The translations under genes and the position numbers were made by a program. Below, piece after piece: positions 56,004 to 64,000 of a stretch of DNA of 64,000 nucleotides (positions are counted from its first letter, which is position 1; each line of letters starts with the position of its first letter). The stretch is from the human T2T-CHM13v2.0 reference genome, Homo sapiens: assembly GCF_009914755.1 (NCBI RefSeq), contig NC_060925.1; one strand, 5' to 3'. The notes under the pieces are model-generated. The model was not told where the DNA came from. It was given only the letters and a program-made list of their open reading frames with translations, and searched no databases.

Positions 56004-58176
56004 AGACACTGTTTTTATTGTCTAGTCAAATGGTAAACATAAGTGACTACATTATTGCTGGAAGATGAAAAATAAAACTATACTTTACAGTTCACATATT
56101 TCAACAGGTGATACCTCATTTCTCATTGATTTTAGGTATTGTCACTAGACAAATTAGTCTCTCTGATAACCAGAGAGAGATTAATCAAGTGTTGGTGCTT
56201 ACTGGACTTTTGTGTTTCAGTTTGGCTGTTGTAATACTCACATGTCAGACTAAGTAGAAGGAGGCATATGCCCTTGGAAATTATTTTAATTATTTTAGAT
56301 CATTTTTTCTAAAAAGTCATTGCCAAGAGAGGACACTTAGCTATACATATCTACATGGATATTTTTCTGGATTTTTAAGGACTAATACATAAACAATATA
56401 ATCATGATTTTCCTATTGTGATGGTGTTAATGCCTGTTAGTGTTCATCAGTATAAAGGAAAGCTAAAAAGTTTGTTGTGTGCAAAAATAAGTAAAGTTAA
56501 ATATGAATATCAGAAGCACTTACAATTTCTTACTGGCTTATTTTTTTCAGCTATATCAGCTTAAATAATGCTTAACTCTCTGAAGAACATGGATTAAAAT
56601 GAGCAAATTTATAGTATGAAATCAGTATATAGAATGTAGTTTAAAATGAAAATGAAGTTAAAGCTCACATTTGTTTTTAATTCAGGCTCTTGACATGTAA
56701 AGGCATTTTAAGCCACCTACCTATTTCCAAGATGGTATAGACCACCTGCTGTTAACATGCTTTAAGGAAAATGGAGAGATGTAAAAGAGTTTTGGTGATT
56801 TCTCTGCTTTGAGTATAAATGAAACTGAAAATCTTCTGTCCTGTACTCTTAATAGTGAACTATTAGAGTGTTTAAATCTTTGTGTGAAAGTGAAGACTGT
56901 CATAAAGGATTATCATTAGCCTCTTTTTATTTTTTTGCTATGTGAGTACTTGTTAGCACTGGATAATCTGAATATAGTTTAGTTACAATACTTATTTCTG
57001 TATGTCTCTAAATTTGGTATTTTGTAAATGTGCTTTGACAGTAAAGAGGTAATTCTGATTGAAATGTAAAAAAACCATTTTACTTGAACATTATAAATGA
57101 TAGATCAGAGTGTATGGGTAAGAATTACAGAAAATGGAGTAGCCTTTACAAGGTGTATAGCATCAACCCAGCTAAGGTAATCAGAACAGTTTTAGAATTA
57201 GAATTCCTTCCACATGAGACAAGAACTGGTAAAATTTGCTGATCATGTTAGATAGCAGGAGGCTGGAAATTATTTGAAAACTTGGATAGTATATTCTATG
57301 AATATTATCATAATCTTTGAATACAGAATGAGGTCAATTAAGGTGTAATCACTTGATTCTTAGTCCCACCCTGCATATGGAAATATCTAATTCTTACCAA
57401 CAAACACATCCAAAGTGCCAAAGTTGCTGAAAATAATTTGATTTATTTTAGTTAAGCATTAATAAAGTATTGAAATTTACTATTGACTCATATTCCTTCT
57501 GATGGTTGAAAGATGAAAAATGTACAAAGGTCTCTAATTATATATGTAGGTAAAAAAGATGGAGTGTGATAAATATTTGTCAGTAAGTATTTAACTCCAG
57601 ATTTCTATGTAATGTTTAGGGAGTTTTATCCTAAAAATGTGTAAAGAGTTTCTTAGATCTTTTCCCACTCATAAACTTTCAAAATCACAAAATCATGATT
57701 TGTTTTGGTTGGGTAGCTACTCCAACATTCTTTCTTCACATTCTTCCGTGGCATTGAAAACTTGCCATTTCAGTCTTCATGGCTCCCTTTGGAAACAACT
57801 TAATTATGTGAAATTGTCATGTAGCTTTAAGCCCTTCTGAAGATCATAGGTCAAGCTGAAAATTAAAGGGGACCCTTGCTTTATAGTGTCAGTTGTACCT
57901 TTTGGAACCTTGGCAGAATATTGATTAAACATTTTACCAATAAGTTTCAGATTGATTTACATATTGTGTAAAATTTATCAAAAGTAACAGTCAACATCTG
58001 ATGGAATTATGAAGTTGATGGGATTATGAAGGTAACTAGAGGTACCTGCCTCTTTTCCTCTTAATGAAATTAGTCATAAATTAAATTGTTACTGAAACTT
58101 AAAACCAAGATAAAGCTGAAAGTGTATCCTTGAGTTTTTCTGAAATGTTTCTCCACTTGCTTTCTTCCTGATCTGA

Positions 58177-58309
58177 GTTTTCTTTCTTTCTGTCTGTCTT
58201 GTCTTGTCTTGTTTGTCTTGTCTTGTCTTGTCTTGTCCTGTCCTGTCCTGTCCTGTCCTGTCCTGTCCTGTCCTGTCCTGTCATGTCTTGCCTCTTCGCT
58301 TCTCTTCTC

Positions 58310-58320
<11 letters not shown>
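58177..58320. repeat. Compound microsatellite (TTTC)n-(TGTCT)n-(TGTCC)9-(TCTTC)n adjoining an Alu tail
   Basis: Direct reading; the TGTCC x9 block is at 58234-58278. Confidence 0.95.
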
Positions 58321-58614
<294 letters not shown>

Positions 58615-60852
58615 TTCTTTTTTAAGTTTTAATTTGCTTGTGCTGCCAGAGGAAAAATGGCTGGATTGCCTGTGTCTTAAACTCTTAACTTCTATAGGCT
58701 GCACACTCTTTCTCCCCAAAATCCCTGCAGCAAGTGACCTTGTCAAACAAAAGTGTGGAATAATGGGAGGCAGCCCAGTGATGGTGGGTCGTTTATAAGT
58801 AGCTGTTTGCTACTGTCAGAACAAAGGCAAATCAGAGTTGCATTAAAGGGATATGACAGAGTGAACAACTGCTGGCCCACTTCCCTAATAATACTTGTCT
58901 TCTAGTGTTGGATTGAAAACTGAGTGGCTGGAGTAGTTATTCGTATGGGTTTGGGATGAAAAATATATAGGAAAATAAAGATCTATTTCTGTCATTTAAC
59001 AAAATACAGAATTTAGGAAGCAAAATTTGATTAAAGCAGCTTTATAATGCTTTTGAGTGACAGAAACATTATGAGTATGTTATGTTCTATTACATTGTTA
59101 ATAGCATTGTTCATTGTTATATAGGATTTTTAACTGTGATATATTTGAATCTGTTTAATATTGCACCATATTGTGACCAGATTCTTGATGTACTTGTGTA
59201 AATTTGGAACAACAATTAAATCTTACTCTTTAAAATACTAGTTAAGTGTAGCACTCTTCTTACATGTCCATAATGGAAAAACACTTGCCTTTTATTTGTA
59301 GCTTGATATGTAGTCTGTCCTTTTGTTATTGTTTTTGGAGGGGGCTTAGGGTTTATGTGTGACTTAGGTGCTGCTGTGAAATGGAGAGCATCACCTATAT
59401 CTGGCATTTGCATTTTTGTAATATTGTTTTCAAAATGTTCCAGAGAGGTACATTTTCTTCCACCCCGTCTCTCTAATGCACAGTTAACAGTATGTCCTTC
59501 ACTTGAACTTTCTCCCTTGTAAATCAATTATGCATTTGCTATAGTAGTTCAGCTTTTTAAAGTGCATAAGGAGAATACTGTATAAAAAGTGCTTGTAAAA
59601 CAAGTCTTTTTGTAAGAGTCTAGACCTTGAGAATTATGTTTTTGTTTTTCAATAAATGGTTAAGGTATTGTAAAAAGTTGGACATTTTACCAGAGTTACC
59701 ATATTTGAGCTAATTTTTAGAATATTTTTTAAAGAGTTAAGTTATAGTGCTTTCCACGCAAGACTTTATATGAAATAAATACATTAAGAATGTAGAGTTT
59801 TTGATGCCTTGTCAAAAGTGGAATTAAGGTTGGTTTTATTATATGCTTTGAATGTGTTTCTGAAATATTTTTTGAAGCGGATACTTGTAAGTTAAATACC
59901 TTTTATCATTTATTTTTATCATAATTTTATATATACTCTGTCAGGGAATAATATTTAAGAATCCCAACATTTGTTTTTATGGTATATCTTTACATTGTAA
60001 TCTGTAGTATTTTAATTTCCTATAAACCTCTTAATAATACTAGACAATATGTGACCTTTTACACTCATTCATATGTGCTATAAAATTACTTTTTCCTTTG
60101 ATTCTATTAAATCCTTTCAGACCACTAGAGAAATCCCTGATTTGTACTTAACAGAGGTTTTCATGTATTAACAAGTAGAGTTACCTGGCTATCAATAAGT
60201 ACTGTTTAACTAGAGTGACTAAGTTAAAGACTTGTAGAAGTTAGGACTTTCTGAAGCTAATAATCCAACACCCTAATTTGTGACTCGAGGGATCAGATGC
60301 ACAGTAGTTCAAGACTTGATGTTTTTGTTCAGGGTAAGGTAGTAATTTAGTGACAGAATCCAGATAACTCAAATCCTCAGACTATAGAAAAATTATTAAG
60401 ATTTCTTGACATTTATTGTTATTCCCTACCTTTAGCTTTTACACAGCTAAATCTACTTGTGGAAGTTCAGCTTCAAAAAGTTTTAGCCATAGTTTCAAAG
60501 TTGTTGACTGTGGTTGAGGTTTATTAACAACCTTGGTTTTCTAATGTAGTGGAATTCAAAGTAGATCAAATTCCTTCCCTGAGCCAGGATTCTCTGAGTG
60601 CTCTTCTTAACCACTCCTGCCCAACCGCTCATTCTACAATATTGAGCCTTAACTCCTGTTCCTGTCTCCTGGCCATCCTTTTTAATAGTTTTGTATTAAA
60701 TTGTCCATGATCAACAACATTTTGTTTTAATAGATATTCTCACTTCAAGGTGGCATAAAATAGTATATATTTCTCAGGATTGACTTTCCCAATTAAGAGT
60801 ATTTGCCTTCATCTCTGTGCATTAAAATTTATTGCTGCAATTGACATGACTA

Positions 60853-61080
60853 AGGTGGCATAACAGTGCTGTGAGCATAATCTAGAGCTAGTCTGAATAA
60901 GTCTGAATCATAGCTCTTCTGTTCATGACCTTGGGCCACTTACCCTTTCTGTGCTTTGTTTTACATATCTTTAAAATGAGGATTAAAATATTACTATTAG
61001 GATTAAAGTAATTATAATATTATTCATAAAGTACTGAGAATCTTGCCTGATATATATAGTAAGATGCTACATCAGTGTTA
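60853..61080 (+). mobile_element. MIR SINE, near full length
   Basis: 'tgaccttgggccacttaccctttctgtgctttgttttacatatctttaaaatgaggatt...aaagtactgagaatcttgcctga...atagtaag'. Confidence 0.75.
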
Positions 61081-63330
61081 AATCATAGAAGGAGCCAGTA
61101 AATTGTTTCAGTATTTTAATGTGTGTACTTGAGGTTCTGGAGATATTCCAAGAACAACACACATTCCTAGTTTGACCTGAATGAACCAGGAATATTTAAA
61201 TACATAGCATTTATTTTTAGAGCCACATTTTACTGAAACTAAACCTAGGAACAATACGTGGCTTTTTTTGGGGAGGGGGGAGGTTGTTGTTTGCTTTAAG
61301 AACCTTGCTTTGTTAAAAAAAAGCCTAACTTGCCTTTTTGGGAAGGCAAGTTAGACGTAGACCTTAAAAGAAATCTAGCTACTGCCATTTATAGGTGGTT
61401 ATATGGATACCTTACCTTTAGAAGTTATTGAGTGTGACTTATCTGCTTAATAGCGATTAAATCCGTTTAAAATGTTTACCAGGTGTTAATCATAAGTCAA
61501 GGTTGACATAGCCAGTTAAATCTTATTTGAAAGAAAGAAAAATCTCTGTAAATCATGTTTACAGATTTTTTAAAAACTGGCTGGCAATGTTTATTATAAA
61601 AATCCATAATTTTCCATTTGTTTGCTATATTAGAATACTATGCAGTTGTAATGAATAAACATTTATAGTTTCTGCTCCTAAAAATTGGACTACAGTTTCG
61701 TGAGTTTAGTCTCATCTGGTAAGCTTTCCAAGAGATTCAGGGAAGCCATAGCTTTCCAAGTATGCAAATCTCTTACATTCAAAGCACTTCCCTCAGGCAC
61801 AAGAAGACTATTTCAGTGGCATGCTTTGCTCTTTTCCCTTAACATATCTAACATGAGGAACATAGATAGGGGACAGCCTATCTATGTTTGAATAGATGTT
61901 GAAGAAATTATATGAGAAGAATTGATAGAAAGTTTTATTTTTAATTGTTTGCTTTGTAATATATTTGGTGACTGTAAAAAGTAGATTTCAGAAGATTTAT
62001 TTATACTATCAATGCATGTTTTAAAATTATTCGTTTGAGTTGTAAATAATTAATGAAAAAGGCATTTTATGTGGCACTGAATCAACCTGTTAGTTTCAGT
62101 TGTTCACCCTGGATTTCTTTCATTTAATCGTCTTCTTCTTACTGCAAAGGAGGACATTTATTCATTACTTTGCCCAAATAATACTAACACACTAGCAGAT
62201 GGTCACTTTCCAACTGGTTTGTCTTCAGAAAAGAAATTAAAATATTATAGTGCCAGAGAGAGATGTTGTAATGTGTCCCTTTCAAATTAACAGGTCATTC
62301 TTTTCAACTATTTTGTAACTGTAAAATAGCTCAATGTCACATAAAAGGCTAAAAGCTAGAGTAAATGGTGTCATGGGAAACATGAAATAAACACAGTGTA
62401 ATGGTTTATAGTCTTGTCTTGAACACACTAGGAATATTTCTTTTCTAAAAAGACACAAATTATATGCTACGGTAGTATTTTGGTTTTACTGGATTCTAGT
62501 TTAATTAGTTCATATCAAAAGTTAGCACTTGTTTTAAAACGTGTATACATTCTGAAAGAAGATACTTCCCCCAAAACATTTAAAAATACCTTGAATATAT
62601 TCTTAAACAAATATGTTAGCCTAGCAAACAATGAAATGAAAACCAAATATGAAAATAATGTATCTTCTTCCTTTACCCCTTCAATGAATGATCTGTAACT
62701 CTGATAAAAAGATTAGTTTAGAGATTATTGAATTATTTTAATACTAGGACCAGACTGAAAGTAACATTGTACATTTAGAAATGCAACATATAAATGAGTA
62801 GAATTGGAGCCCCACATGATTGGGAAATAAGCTGGAGAAACTGAAGTATGCTTAAAACACAGAGTAATTAGCGAGCAAGCTCAGGAAAAAAAAAATCTCA
62901 GAATACTTAGAAGTAGTGTTTGAGGAACTAGAATCATCACAGTTTAAATTATTTGTTTTGACCTTTCTCTGCCACTGAATTGCTGTGTATCTTTGGGCAG
63001 TCACTTAGATCATTTCCTTGACTAGAACAGTAGCAAGTTGGCTTAGACAACTCTTAAGCCCTTTTTTTAAAGTGTTATAGCTATTTGGTTGGTGATGAAT
63101 TACTTAACCCAGAATTAAAAAAAAAAAAAACAACTTAAAATGCATTTGCCTAAGTGAGCCAGGTAGATTTATAATGAGAAAGAAAGAAGTTTTTATAATA
63201 TTATTTATTCTTCTTCTGAAAAAAATCAAGTGATAATAGAAACCCAAATACAAAATAACTGAATTCGATTTGCATTCCTCCTAATTACTAGCACTGTGAA
63301 CAAAAACAGGTCGTTTAAATATGTTGTATG

Positions 63331-63646
63331 GGCTTGGTGCAGTGGCTCACACCTGTAATCCTAGCACTTTGGGAGGCCGAGGCGGGCTGATCACTTGAGG
63401 CCAGGAGTCCTGAGGCCAGGAGTTTGAGACCAGCCTGGCCAATGTGGTGAAACCCTGTCTCTATTAAAATTACAAAAATTAGCCGGGCTTGTTGGCACGC
63501 ACCTGTAATCCCTGCTACTCAGGTGGCTGAGGCATGAGAATCACTTGAATCCTGGAGGTGGAGGTTGCAGTGAGCCAAGATCTTGTCACTGTGCTCCAAT
63601 CTAGGCGATAGAGTGAGACATTGTATCTAAATAAATAAATAAATAA
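63331..63646 (+). mobile_element. Alu SINE (AluSz/J-like) with (TAAA)n tail and internal duplication
   Basis: Sense dimer; TSD aaatatgttgtat / aaataagttgtat. Confidence 0.95.
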
Positions 63647-63691
63647 GTTGTATTTTGGATCCTCAATAAATAAGTTGTATTTTGGATCCTC
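63638..63691. repeat. Perfect 27-bp tandem duplication
   Basis: AATAAATAAGTTGTATTTTGGATCCTC at 63638-63664 and 63665-63691. Confidence 0.95.
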
Positions 63692-64000
63692 ATCCGAACA
63701 ATGGAAATTATAATTTTTCTGGTTATCTCACTGTGTCTAAAGCGATGTCCTACTGTGTTGCCTTTTTCAAAGAGTGATCATTTGACTATTCCTATAAGAG
63801 CCCTTATTGGAATGCTTTCTAGCATATTATTTGCCTCAGATACTCCATCTGTGTGGGGAGTTCTTTCTCAAATAGTTGGACACTTTCTGTCTTTTTAAGG
63901 GTAAAATATATGAGACAGCCTTTTCTAATTTGTACAGAGATGAAAAATTAAGTCAGCCTTAAGTTCTTTCTTAACTGAGAGTTTTTCTTAGAAAGTAATT

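Overview
Primate (almost certainly human) genomic DNA, AT-rich and CpG-poor, lying inside the ADGRL2 (LPHN2, latrophilin-2, adhesion GPCR) gene on the + strand. The only protein-coding sequence I can support is one 173-nt exon (20486-20658): 100 nt of 5'UTR plus 73 nt encoding the signal peptide [25 protein letters not shown], which ends in a phase-1 GT donor. The promoter/upstream exon and the next coding exon (lectin domain) are outside the window. The rest is intron: about 20 Alu elements, a 5'-truncated L1PA, an L1PB 3' end, older L1M/L2/MIR/MER remnants and microsatellites. Most listed ORFs are Alu, L1 or low-complexity artefacts. I see no evidence of a new multi-gene system. The observations worth checking are regulatory or structural: five uATGs forming uORFs in all three frames in the start exon; a GTAAGT donor-like site overlapping that exon's likely branch point; a nested, zero-spacer inverted Alu pair; two apparent template-switch footprints; and several enhancer-like blocks in repeat-poor tracts. 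Repeat subfamily calls and boundaries were read by eye and are approximate.
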